A stretch of DNA of 64,000 nucleotides from Anaerolineales bacterium (GTDB taxonomy: Bacteria > Chloroflexota > Anaerolineae > Anaerolineales > Villigracilaceae): assembly GCA_046328915.1 (NCBI GenBank), contig JAXLVR010000007.1:157206-221205 (forward strand), in the 5' to 3' direction. Below are positions 37,194 through 49,568 of the stretch, piece after piece. The stretch's first letter is position 1; the number at the start of each line of letters is the position of its first letter. Under the pieces are notes generated by a model. That model searched no databases and had not been told where the DNA came from. It was given only the letters and a program-made list of their open reading frames with translations. The translations under genes were made by a program, and so were the position numbers.

Positions 37194-39425
37194 TTATTTT
37201 GCTTGCCAAACGATGTGTATAAAAGTCCCTACATTATTAGGAGATTGAATACTGAGTTGAGCGTTAATTAATCTAGCACGCTCAAACATGCCAACCAGCC
37301 CGAAATGCTCATCGGCTAGCAAGGTATTGACGTCTTTTCGTAAATCGACATCTAACCCCTTGCCATCATCTTGAATGGATAAATCCACTCGAACGGGGGT
37401 GATGCTTCCAGAGATCGTCAACGTTTTTGCGTTGGCGTGCTTCAAAACATTGACACAGGCTTCACGCACAATAAAGAAAAGGTACGTCTCACTTTTTTCT
37501 GGGATTCTCTCTCCGCTGGTTTGAAGATTGAGGTTGATTTCCATGTGACTCGCTTCTTCTCGAAGGTCTTCTACCAACTCACTGATTGCGTAAGCAAGTC
37601 CTTGATCCAATATAGGCGGGCGGAGGTCACTAATGATCTCACGGATGCGTTGCTTGAGACCTTCATACGTAGAGAGGAATTCAGCAGGAAGGGTCCGTTG
37701 ATCGAGGCTATTGCGCATGGTTGCGAGTTGATTAAGAACGCTATCGTGCAGGTCACGGGCAATGCGTTTGCGCTCCTTTTCAACACGGTCTATGTTCGTT
37801 TCATAAATGTTCCGAAGCTGATCGGTTTGAAGGATATTACTAAGGGCAATGGCGGTTTGGTCTGCTAGTGACTGCAAAATGGGAATTTCAACCTGCGGGT
37901 AGAGGTCATCGGGGTCGCGCTTTCCAAGTAGCCAAAAGCCAAGGGTTTTGGTGCCCACTTTGAGCGGAAGGGTGAGGCGAAGTCCATCGTCTTGTGAGGA
38001 AAGGCTAGGAATGAATTTCCCAGCTTTTTGAGCAAGGGCTTCAATATCAGTTGTGGTGGAAGTAGAAAAGCCTTTGTCGAGAAGTTTTACCAATCCTTTT
38101 TCACTGACTTGCAAGAAGGTATATTGACGAATTAACAAGCTGGGGAAGACTTCATTTTCTAGCAGGGTAAGAAGACTGGAAAGGGATGTGCTGGTGGTGA
38201 TGCGGCTGGAATAGGTTTCGGGCAGGTGTTGATAGGGCAGTTTGATACCAAGAAAACGTTGATCTACGAAGGCTTGAAAGCGTGGGAAAACTAGAATGGA
38301 AGTTACTCCCGTAGCAGTTGCAAGTGCCATTGCTATAAAGAGCCATGGCTCATTTAAGAAAGAATTGCCCGCCATTGAAGCTGCTGCCAATAACACAAGA
38401 ATACCAAACACGATCAGATATAAATAAATTGAAATAAAGCGGTTGAGTTTGATTTGCAAATCACCTGATTGATAACTTGCGATTACATAAAAATACATAA
38501 GGGGCATGAAGGGCATGGAAAAAAAGGTAAACCAACCTAGATTAAGGACGACACCAAAAGAAAGAGCAATTGCAACGCTGATAGAAAAAGAAAAGCTGAT
38601 AAAGATGGATAGTAAAAGTAAACGTGCCGCTGGTCTTTCTTTCTTTTGAGTAATAATGTGCGCTGCCAAAAGAATAATGCTTCCCACTATTGCAACAATG
38701 AAGCCAAGTGCATAGAAGCTCCTTGGCAAAAGATGGAATATCTCTCCAATTGCTAGAAGACAGGCACTGCCATAAAGGAATCCTAAAAGAAATTTTGAGA
38801 TGTCTCTTTTGAAGGGCTGAGGAAATATCCAGTGTATGTGGATGAATATGGGCATCATGAGCCAGGATGATGCATGAAGTAAAGTTGAGCTTTCCCAAAA
38901 ATGCCATGAAGAAAGCATGCCAGAGATTAGGAAGATTGCTACCAGGTAATTGGCAGTAATGAAAAGACCTCTGCGCAGGTTGCGTGGGCGGAGAGTCAGT
39001 TGAGCGGCAAACCCTGCTATTCCAAATGCATAGGCTAAGAGCCAGGAATTGAACAGTCTGTTCGTAAATTCTTGTGGGGTGAACCCTGGGAATTCCCATG
39101 GAACAGTAACAGGGATACCATCCCTGATCACCCTAATTTCGATCACATCACCCTTTTTTACTCCGTCAAACAGAGTCAATCTTCGATCTGTTTTAAATTG
39201 TTTTAGGGTGATGTCTCCGATTTGGGAAACAACATCTCCAGTTTGTAGTAGAGAGGCGTTTTTTGAGAAAACACCCTCAATCTTTTCGCTAGTTGGGTTG
39301 AAATAAAACCCTGCATAGGGGGCTCTAATCAAAATGCCATATGAGAAAAAAAGCAACAGAACAAAAACTGCTAGCGATGCAGATGCTTCGAACAGTAGCT
39401 GGCGATTGTAAGAGCTTTTGTCCAT
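37194..39425 (-). CDS. Sensor histidine kinase, HisKA_3 family, with a large polytopic N-terminal domain
   Basis: 743 aa with more than 8 TM helices, a GAF-like region, the H-box RIARDLHDSVLNQL, and an HATPase_c domain. Confidence 0.8.
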   Translation of the reverse strand: MDKSSYNRQLLFEASASLAVFVLLLFFSYGILIRAPYAGFYFNPTSEKIEGVFSKNASLLQTGDVVSQIGDITLKQFKTDRRLTLFDGVKKGDVIEIRVIRDGIPVTVPWEFPGFTPQEFTNRLFNSWLLAYAFGIAGFAAQLTLRPRNLRRGLFITANYLVAIFLISGMLSSWHFWESSTLLHASSWLMMPIFIHIHWIFPQPFKRDISKFLLGFLYGSACLLAIGEIFHLLPRSFYALGFIVAIVGSIILLAAHIITQKKERPAARLLLLSIFISFSFSISVAIALSFGVVLNLGWFTFFSMPFMPLMYFYVIASYQSGDLQIKLNRFISIYLYLIVFGILVLLAAASMAGNSFLNEPWLFIAMALATATGVTSILVFPRFQAFVDQRFLGIKLPYQHLPETYSSRITTSTSLSSLLTLLENEVFPSLLIRQYTFLQVSEKGLVKLLDKGFSTSTTTDIEALAQKAGKFIPSLSSQDDGLRLTLPLKVGTKTLGFWLLGKRDPDDLYPQVEIPILQSLADQTAIALSNILQTDQLRNIYETNIDRVEKERKRIARDLHDSVLNQLATMRNSLDQRTLPAEFLSTYEGLKQRIREIISDLRPPILDQGLAYAISELVEDLREEASHMEINLNLQTSGERIPEKSETYLFFIVREACVNVLKHANAKTLTISGSITPVRVDLSIQDDGKGLDVDLRKDVNTLLADEHFGLVGMFERARLINAQLSIQSPNNVGTFIHIVWQAK

Positions 39426-39545
39426 GCAGGGTTCCTGTGCAATACATGATCAAAGCAAATTTTGAAATGAGGTGATTTTATTGTAGGTAAGTATATCTAG
39501 TTTTATTCATGTTGTGTATTTTAGAAGGCAAAAGGAGAAAATAAA

Positions 39546-39721
39546 ATGAAACGTATGCAAAAGTTTTACACCAAGATGCCTTCCTCTAAGAAGGGAACAT
39601 CCAAACTCGATCACAGAATCCCTGCTTTACCCATTGAACCACAGAAGGGACTGGGAGCGATCTTCGAGGAGATTGTCCAGCCGGTATTACGTTTATTAGA
39701 TGAAGCAGAAAAGATAAGTTA
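39546..39721 (+). CDS. Small hypothetical protein (58 aa), antisense-oriented between the RR and HK genes
   Basis: SD aaaaggagaaa precedes the ATG. The protein is basic and hydrophilic. Confidence 0.3.
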
Positions 39722-39732
39722 ACGCTTCAGAC

Positions 39733-40410
39733 TTAATCGGGCGTGATCAGCCCGATTTGCTTTGCCTTCGCGATGGCTTCAGTGCGATTCCTTGCCCCCA
39801 ATTTGATATATGCCCCAGAAAGTAGATTGCGAAACGCTGAATGGGTAATGTGCATTTTGGTGGCAAGCAACATGCTTTTCTCGCCGGGGTAGGCAGCACA
39901 TAAGGAAAGCGCCTCTAATTGACGTGGACTCAACTGCTTGCCATTTTCTTTTTCTAATTGCTTGTCGTATACCTTGCCAGCTTCTTCGCTTAAGTAAACA
40001 CCCCCCTCTGCCACCAATTTGACGATCTCTAGAAAATTGAGATTGGCATTTTGGTCATCTTTCAGGATATACCCGTTTGCCCCTGCATCCATCACCCCGC
40101 GGATCAATGCCCGTTCGACGCGCATGCTGACGACTAAGATATTCAAGTTCGGGTGTTCATCTAATAAAGTAGGAATGACATGCAGAATAGGATACGAATT
40201 TCGATTTTCAGAAGAGATTGGAACGGTGACATCTAAAATGAGCACGTTTACTTCGCTTTTTTGGAGGACCGGTTCCAATAGATCTGCAACACCCATGGTT
40301 GCGGTTACTTCAATGGCTGGGTCTTTGCCCAATTTGGAGAGGTAGCCTTCCACAGTCATGGGGTGGTCATCCAGGATGGCAACTCGTATTTTTGATTGCA
40401 TACTCACCAC
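39733..40410 (-). CDS. Response regulator, NarL/LuxR family
   Basis: REC domain (VAILDDHPMTVEG) and a C-terminal LuxR-type HTH. Confidence 0.85.
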   Translation of the reverse strand: MVSMQSKIRVAILDDHPMTVEGYLSKLGKDPAIEVTATMGVADLLEPVLQKSEVNVLILDVTVPISSENRNSYPILHVIPTLLDEHPNLNILVVSMRVERALIRGVMDAGANGYILKDDQNANLNFLEIVKLVAEGGVYLSEEAGKVYDKQLEKENGKQLSPRQLEALSLCAAYPGEKSMLLATKMHITHSAFRNLLSGAYIKLGARNRTEAIAKAKQIGLITPD

Positions 40411-40507
40411 TCCTCCTTCCTTTTCTCTTCACTTACCCTTTTTTACACAGAGTAACAGAAAGGATGCTCTGTTTCAAGCAATACAGTACAAATGCCTGCC
40501 CTCAGGT

Positions 40508-40770
40508 TATTGACTATGCTTATAGAGTCTATACAATAAAAAGAGTTTGGAAGGCATTGAATCTCTTCCAAACTCTTTTAGAACATGGGGGGAACAGGGT
40601 ACGCGCCAGCCTCTGGGCGGCTCGAACGTCAGTGGACTGACGGAGGAGGCTGGGCGTGCTATAGGGGATGTCTTTTTCTTCTTTGCTCACCGGCGCATCG
40701 GCGCAAGGGGAGGGGACACCCGATGCGAAATTATGGGGCGCACGCTATTGGGGGGCGTGCGGTTTTATTT
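40508..40770 (+). ncRNA. Candidate structured small RNA with its own sigma70-like promoter and intrinsic terminator
   Basis: TTGACT-16-TACAAT promoter at 40508-40535. Downstream are nested perfect hairpins (agagtttggaag/cttccaaactct; gccagcctc...gaggctggc; cgtcag/ctgacg) and a terminator cgcacgc/gcgtgcg with a T-run at 40739-40770. No credible plus-strand ORF. Confidence 0.3.
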
Positions 40771-41421
40771 AACAATAATGGTAGCGGCAGAAAAATTACA
40801 CACTTCCCCTCGGCATACATAGACCACTACCATGTACTCACCCTTTTTGCTAAAAGTATAGGAAAAATCAGCAGATCCTTGAGTGGGACCCGAAATTACT
40901 TTTCCTTCTTTTGTACGAACGTCCCATAAATAGGTACAAACATTTTCAAATTTGCACTCCACTTTTTGCCCATCTGGGTAACTTACAAACGAAGAGTGTG
41001 CATTAAAAGAAGTATTCAATGGAGCGTTTCCGGTACTATAGTTGTAGGAAATTTGTGCATTCATTGAACCATTAGTAGGTATAAGAGTAATGGTGGGGAT
41101 GGCTGTTAGAGTAGGCGTAACAGTAAGCGTTTCTTGGAATGTCGCGATTACAGAAGTTGTGGGTGTCTCACTTAAAATCGGAAGTATCGGTTGGGTGGGG
41201 TGAGGGGTGGGCGTATTATTCAATTGTGAATTAAGGTAAGTAATTAACGGGGGAAACCCAAGAATTCCCAGCGTTATTGAGACAATTCCAGTAATAATAG
41301 CTACCCAAATAGTGGCATTGCTTTTTTCTGCTACTGGAGCAGGAGTTTCTTTTTTAGTCTTTTTCCTTTTAGCGTCTGCCATGACATTCTCCCGATACTT
41401 GTGTGCGATGTTAATGTTCAT
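40765..41421 (-). CDS. Membrane-anchored PKD-domain protein
   Basis: N-terminal TM helix, a Pro/Thr linker, and a C-terminal PKD-like fold (APLNTSFNA...YTFSKKGEYMVVVYV). Confidence 0.6.
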   Translation of the reverse strand: MNINIAHKYRENVMADAKRKKTKKETPAPVAEKSNATIWVAIITGIVSITLGILGFPPLITYLNSQLNNTPTPHPTQPILPILSETPTTSVIATFQETLTVTPTLTAIPTITLIPTNGSMNAQISYNYSTGNAPLNTSFNAHSSFVSYPDGQKVECKFENVCTYLWDVRTKEGKVISGPTQGSADFSYTFSKKGEYMVVVYVCRGEVCNFSAATIIVK

Positions 41422-41485
41422 TTTAAGAATTCCAAAAGGAAAGTCAAGGCATGCTTTTCTCTAACATTCCTCCAATATCCCCCAT

Positions 41486-41494
41486 GCTATAATC
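41486..41494 (+). promoter_or_regulatory. Extended -10 promoter element (TGcTATAAT) upstream of secA
   Basis: tgctataat lies 23 nt upstream of the secA ATG. Confidence 0.3.
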
Positions 41495-41516
41495 TCTTTC
41501 CGTTGAAAGGGATTTC

Positions 41517-44500
41517 ATGCTTAAGAACTTCGTAAAACTATTCAGTGGTGACCCCACAAAAAAGACTGTAGACCAATATCGCCCGCTCGTGGAGCAGGTC
41601 AATGCCTTGGAGGCGCAATTTTCGTCTCTGAGTGACGATGCTTTGCGCGCCAAGACGGACGAATTTAAGAAACGGATTGCCGACCTTACTGGGAATGTAG
41701 AAGGTTTGGAAGACAAAGAACGGATCAAAGCCGAACAAAACGCCCTGGAACAACTCATGCCCGAAGCTTTTGCCGCCGTGCGGGAAGCTTCAAAACGCAC
41801 CATTGGGCTTCGCCATTACGACGTGCAGATCATCGGCGGTGCGGCGTTACACAGCGGCTCCATCGCAGAAATGCGCACGGGTGAAGGGAAAACCCTTGTC
41901 GCCACCATGCCCGTCTATCTCAATTCCCTGCTTGGACGTGGCGTTCACCTCATTACAGTTAACGATTATCTGGCACGCCGCGATGCCCGTTGGATGGCGC
42001 CGATTTATCATGCCCTCGGCTTGAGTGTAGGCGTGTTGCAAATGGCAGCTGCCACCGAGAACGGCAAGAAAGCGTTTATCGTTGATTTTGAACGGGACGC
42101 CCCACAAGAAGATCAACGCCACCTACACCTCGTGGAGCGGGTCGAAGCCTATCGCGCCGACGTGACCTTTGGCACCAACTCCGAGTTTGGTTTCGATTAC
42201 CTGCGCGATAACATGGCAATGCGCTTGGATAACCGCGTCCAACGCGGGCATTACTTCGCTATGGTCGATGAAGTCGATAACGTCCTCATCGACGAAGCGC
42301 GTACTCCGCTTATCATTTCGGGTCCCGCCTCTGGTGATCTGGACTGGTATGGGCGTATGGCACAGATTGTGAAACAGCTCAAACCCGAAGATTTCGAAAT
42401 GGAAGAGAAATCTCGCAGCATTAACCTGACTGAGATCGGTGTAAGCCGTGTTGAAGCACTGTTGGGTGTGCAATTGCTCGACCCTGATCGCCCTGAAGAC
42501 CTCAACCCTGAGCAAGCTCGCCTCATGGGGTATTTGCAACAATCTCTGCGTGCACAATTTCTATTCACTCGCAACAAAGATTATTTGGTGCAGGGCGGCA
42601 AAGTCATCATCATCGACGAGTCGACGGGGCGTCTCATGCCTGGGCGGCGTTGGAGCGATGGTCTGCATCAAGCTGTGGAAGCCAAAGAAGGCGTAAAGGT
42701 CGAGCCGGAATCGGTCACCTATGCCACGGTCACATTGCAGAACTACTATCGCATGTACGAAAAGCTGGCAGGTATGACCGGTACCGCGCTGACCGAAGCC
42801 GAAGAGTTCAACAAAATTTACAAACTCGAAGTGGCGCCGATCTCGCCGAACCTTGAATATCTTTCGTACGGCAAAGAAGCCATACTCACTGAGATCAAAA
42901 CAAAAGATGAAGAAGGATATGCGTATTCCTACTTTGCCAAAGTAGGCGATACCAAGCCGCTTTTCTTCCGCCGTAAAGATTACCCTGATGTCATTTACCG
43001 TACAGTTGAAGCCAAGTTGCGTGCCATTGTGCAAGAGATCGTTCGCTACAATGCACTCGGACGTCCGTTACTTGTAGGTACCACCTCGGTCGAATCTTCA
43101 GAACGTCTCTCAAACCGCCTCAAAGCGGAACCGGTACGTCGTTTGATGCAATACTTCCTAGTGCGCGACCATTACATTCGCGCCAATAATATTGAAGAAG
43201 ACGGGCGCCTCATAGCGGACCTCGTGCCTTTTAACGAGCCCATTGAGAAAATCACTCCCGACGCCTTACGCGCCTTCATCAAACCCCACGGGCTGACCAA
43301 TATCAGCCTCGACGATGAAACCAACCTGCAAACCTTGCTCGATATTTTGCGTTTGCCCAGCGAAGCCAAAGACCGCTTGAAGAAGATCTTCCAAGGCGGC
43401 GTCTTGCATCAAGTCTTGAATGCACGTCGCCATACCGAAGAATCGCAGATCATTGCAGGTGCGGGTGCTTTTGGCGCAGTGACCATTGCCACCAACATGG
43501 CAGGTCGTGGTGTGGACATTAAACTCGGCGGCGAGTTGGCAGAAGAAGTCATCTCAGCGGTTAATCGTGTGTTGGGTAAAACCGGGTTGAAAGACCCATT
43601 TGATATGACTCACGACGAACGTAGAGCGGAGTTGAAGAAACTGGATTCATCAGCCTATGGTTTGTATGAAGCTGAGGTCAAGAACTTCCTACAATACTTT
43701 GATGATATGGAACGTGTGAAAGAATTGGGCGGCTTGCACGTTATTGGCTCCGAACGCCACGAAGCACGCCGTATTGACAACCAATTGCGCGGTCGTGCGG
43801 CTCGCCAAGGTGACCCTGGTTCTTCGCGTTTCTACCTTTCATTGGAAGATGACCTGATGCGTATTCAGGGCGGCGCGCAAGTCAGCGGATTGATGGAACG
43901 CCTCAAAGTGGACGATTCGCTGCCATTGGAAGCCCGTATTGTGGCAAGCGTGATCGAACAATCTCAACACCGTATTGAAGGCGCGAACTTTGACGTCCGC
44001 AAACATCTCTTAGAATACGATGATGTTTTGAACACGCAACGTCAGCAGATCTACTTGCAGCGCGACAAGATCTTCGTCAAAGAAGATTTAAGCGGTGATG
44101 TGGCAGAAATGCTTGATAACGAAGTGACCAAGCGTGTGGAAGTTGGCTTGGCGGATGAAGAAGGTCCGTGGCGTTTGTTGGCTTGGCTTGACCAGGTTCA
44201 ACCCGCTTTTGAATCAAAGAATGGGTTATTCCCTTCTTACGGGTTCAAGCTTTTGCTCGATCAAATTGATCCTTCTGATGTCCGCAATTCGACTTTGGAC
44301 CTCATTACGAAGTCTATTGAAGCCGAATACGCTCATGCCATGCGCGCCATTGAGACGATGATCGAAAAGACGGGCGAGACTCTCGAAACGCAAATCGCAG
44401 AACGAGAAGACAGCCTCGATGCTTTCTTCCAAACGTTGGGCGACCGTGATGATGCGCCTAAAGCGCAAAAGTTGGTGGAAGAGATCAACAGCCTGGCTCG

Positions 44501-45515
44501 CTTGGCAATTCGCCCGAGCAATGACTTGCTCAAGAAACTGTCAGATGACCCTGAAGATGCCAAGGAAGATATTCAGGAGATGGTCGCTAGTCAGTTGACC
44601 ATCATCAGTGCGACGCGTGTGATCGGTGCGATTCAGAACCGCATTGGTGAACAGATCCAATGGCAGAGCCCGCTCCCTTCAGATTGGGAGGATCTTTCTG
44701 AGATCTTACTGAACACTTCACGAGAAGCCTTTGATAAGAAGCGTGAACGCTTGAATGCTCAGGTGGCTCGCGACATTGATGTGTTGTTACAACGGGAAGA
44801 TGTCTCTACAGAAGCAGGCAGATTGCGTTTGTTAATCACCCTCTCGCAAGGTACACGCACCGCGTTCGACCAGAAGACTCATAAGCAGGTTAAACAGGTC
44901 TTTACCCGCTTTGCGTATGCATTCCGGGCGGCACAGTTGTTGGAAGGGCGTGAAGCGGAAGCCATTGCCGATGATGTGATGAACCACCTTGAAACGGCAG
45001 AAGAGTCCCTGCGCGAGACGTGGGGGCAGAGTGAGTTCGTGCGCTTGAGCCAGAACGCGACCAAACTCGCAGACTTTGGTCCGGCGGCGCGAATCGCTTT
45101 CGGCGAGGAAAAGCTGAGTAACGCTCCCGCCAGCCTGAGCGCGGATGAGGCGGCGCAGCTATCCTCTGCACTTGGAAAGTATGTGTTGAATGAAGTCCAT
45201 CGCCAGTTGTTATTAGGCGCGTTCAGCGAATTGTGGGTGGAATACCTGACCAAGGTTGAAGCCTTAAGAGTTTCGATAGGTCTTGAGGCTTACGCCCAAC
45301 GTGACCCGCTGGTACAATACAAACGCAGTGCATCGGAAATGTTCCAGCAATTGCTCGAAGATGTGCGTGGACTTGTGATCAGCCGGGCGTTTGCGGCACG
45401 ACCACGACGTGTGGAGATCACACCAATTGAGACCACAGAGACAGCTTCGACGCCGAATGAAACGTCGGTGCAAATTGGCGGTGATAGTAAAAAGAAGAAG
45501 CGCCGCCGCTCGTAA
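41517..45515 (+). CDS. secA: Preprotein translocase ATPase SecA (unusually long, 1332 aa, with large insertions)
   Basis: DEAD motor motifs (MRTGEGKTLVATMP, DEVD). Insertions lie in NBD1/NBD2, and there is a long C-terminal tail. Confidence 0.95.
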   Translation: MLKNFVKLFSGDPTKKTVDQYRPLVEQVNALEAQFSSLSDDALRAKTDEFKKRIADLTGNVEGLEDKERIKAEQNALEQLMPEAFAAVREASKRTIGLRHYDVQIIGGAALHSGSIAEMRTGEGKTLVATMPVYLNSLLGRGVHLITVNDYLARRDARWMAPIYHALGLSVGVLQMAAATENGKKAFIVDFERDAPQEDQRHLHLVERVEAYRADVTFGTNSEFGFDYLRDNMAMRLDNRVQRGHYFAMVDEVDNVLIDEARTPLIISGPASGDLDWYGRMAQIVKQLKPEDFEMEEKSRSINLTEIGVSRVEALLGVQLLDPDRPEDLNPEQARLMGYLQQSLRAQFLFTRNKDYLVQGGKVIIIDESTGRLMPGRRWSDGLHQAVEAKEGVKVEPESVTYATVTLQNYYRMYEKLAGMTGTALTEAEEFNKIYKLEVAPISPNLEYLSYGKEAILTEIKTKDEEGYAYSYFAKVGDTKPLFFRRKDYPDVIYRTVEAKLRAIVQEIVRYNALGRPLLVGTTSVESSERLSNRLKAEPVRRLMQYFLVRDHYIRANNIEEDGRLIADLVPFNEPIEKITPDALRAFIKPHGLTNISLDDETNLQTLLDILRLPSEAKDRLKKIFQGGVLHQVLNARRHTEESQIIAGAGAFGAVTIATNMAGRGVDIKLGGELAEEVISAVNRVLGKTGLKDPFDMTHDERRAELKKLDSSAYGLYEAEVKNFLQYFDDMERVKELGGLHVIGSERHEARRIDNQLRGRAARQGDPGSSRFYLSLEDDLMRIQGGAQVSGLMERLKVDDSLPLEARIVASVIEQSQHRIEGANFDVRKHLLEYDDVLNTQRQQIYLQRDKIFVKEDLSGDVAEMLDNEVTKRVEVGLADEEGPWRLLAWLDQVQPAFESKNGLFPSYGFKLLLDQIDPSDVRNSTLDLITKSIEAEYAHAMRAIETMIEKTGETLETQIAEREDSLDAFFQTLGDRDDAPKAQKLVEEINSLARLAIRPSNDLLKKLSDDPEDAKEDIQEMVASQLTIISATRVIGAIQNRIGEQIQWQSPLPSDWEDLSEILLNTSREAFDKKRERLNAQVARDIDVLLQREDVSTEAGRLRLLITLSQGTRTAFDQKTHKQVKQVFTRFAYAFRAAQLLEGREAEAIADDVMNHLETAEESLRETWGQSEFVRLSQNATKLADFGPAARIAFGEEKLSNAPASLSADEAAQLSSALGKYVLNEVHRQLLLGAFSELWVEYLTKVEALRVSIGLEAYAQRDPLVQYKRSASEMFQQLLEDVRGLVISRAFAARPRRVEITPIETTETASTPNETSVQIGGDSKKKKRRRS

Positions 45516-45532
45516 CTCGTAAGAGGAAGCGT

Positions 45533-46573
45533 TTGGCAGACGATACCACAACCCCTTTTAATAAATATGTCGCCCTTCCAAAGGTGGAACTTCATCGCCA
45601 TTTGGAAGGGTCTTTGCGTCTCTCCACCATGTTGGATATTGCGCGCAAACACGGGGTGACGGTTCCGGTTTCGATGTTGAACTTAAGCGGGCTGGTGCAA
45701 GTGCAAGACCAGGACCCGATGACCTTCTCGAACTTCCTTGAAAAATTTAAGACCTTGCGCTTGTTCTATCGCTCGCCGGATGTCATTCATCGCGTCACAC
45801 GTGAAGCGGTGGAAGATGCTGCGCGTGATCATGTGCGTTATATGGAGTTGCGCTTTACGCCCGTGGCATTGAGCCGCGCAGAGGGGTTTCCGCTGCATGA
45901 TGTGATGGATTGGGTCATTACCAGTGCGCAGGAAGCTGCAAAGGAATATAAGATCAAGGTTGGGCTGATTGCTTCGGTGAACCGCCATGAAAGCCCGGAA
46001 CTTGCCGAGCAAGTAGCGTGGCTGGCGGTTGAGCATATGAAGAACGGTTTGTTCGGTTTGGATCTGGCTGGCAATGAAGCAGAGTTTAAGTCTCATCCCT
46101 TCCGCGATATTTTCAAAGAAGCCAAACAATCGGGCTTGCGCATCACCATCCACGCCGGGGAGTGGGGACCTGCGGATAACATCCGCGATGCGATCGAGCA
46201 TTTAGGTGCCGAGCGGATTGGTCACGGCGTGCGCGTATTAGAAGATGGAACAGTGACGAGTTTGGCAAAAGAACGCAGTGCTGTTTTTGAAGTTTGCGTG
46301 ACCAGTAACTTCCAATCGGGCGTGGTGAATGATATGGAGAAACATCCGCTGCCGCGCATGATCGAGCGGGGACTCAAGGTCACGGTCAACACCGATGACC
46401 CGAGTGTTTCGCGCATCACACTTTCGAACGAATTCCAGACCATCCACGAAAAATTGCAGGTTCCCATGGATGTGCTGAAACAGTCGGTGATTACTTCGGC
46501 AGAGGCATCTTTCCTGCCGGAAGCTGAAAAAGCGGACCTGCTCCGAAAACTCAAGGAAGAATTGAAGCGTTAA
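45533..46573 (+). CDS. add: Adenosine deaminase
   Basis: ELHRHLEGS metal motif, HAGE and a downstream catalytic Asp. 346 aa. Confidence 0.85.
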   Translation: MADDTTTPFNKYVALPKVELHRHLEGSLRLSTMLDIARKHGVTVPVSMLNLSGLVQVQDQDPMTFSNFLEKFKTLRLFYRSPDVIHRVTREAVEDAARDHVRYMELRFTPVALSRAEGFPLHDVMDWVITSAQEAAKEYKIKVGLIASVNRHESPELAEQVAWLAVEHMKNGLFGLDLAGNEAEFKSHPFRDIFKEAKQSGLRITIHAGEWGPADNIRDAIEHLGAERIGHGVRVLEDGTVTSLAKERSAVFEVCVTSNFQSGVVNDMEKHPLPRMIERGLKVTVNTDDPSVSRITLSNEFQTIHEKLQVPMDVLKQSVITSAEASFLPEAEKADLLRKLKEELKR

Positions 46574-46779
46574 GCCGCTCCATATAAAGCGGGCGTGATT
46601 TGGAAAAGACACTTCCATCCACGCCTTTGAATTAGTATAATTTGGTCTAAATTTCTCTCGTTAACCCCACCACATAGTATCAAGGATATCAAAGGCGCTC
46701 CTTTGTGTTCTTCGTAATCTTGTGGTGTGAGTGATGCGGAATCCTCCGCAAAATTTCACACTCCAAAGGAGACACAACC

Positions 46780-49476
<2,697 letters not shown>

Positions 49477-49491
49477 AAATAATTTGTACAA

Positions 49492-49530
49492 TGTCAAAAA
49501 GCGACCTGCTAAAAACAGGTCGCTTTTTGA
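49492..49530 (+). terminator. Rho-independent terminator after acnA
   Basis: Hairpin agcgacctg/caggtcgct followed by a T-run. Confidence 0.6.
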
Positions 49531-49568
49531 TTTTCACGAATATAATAAAAATCACCATGGAGAGAGAC

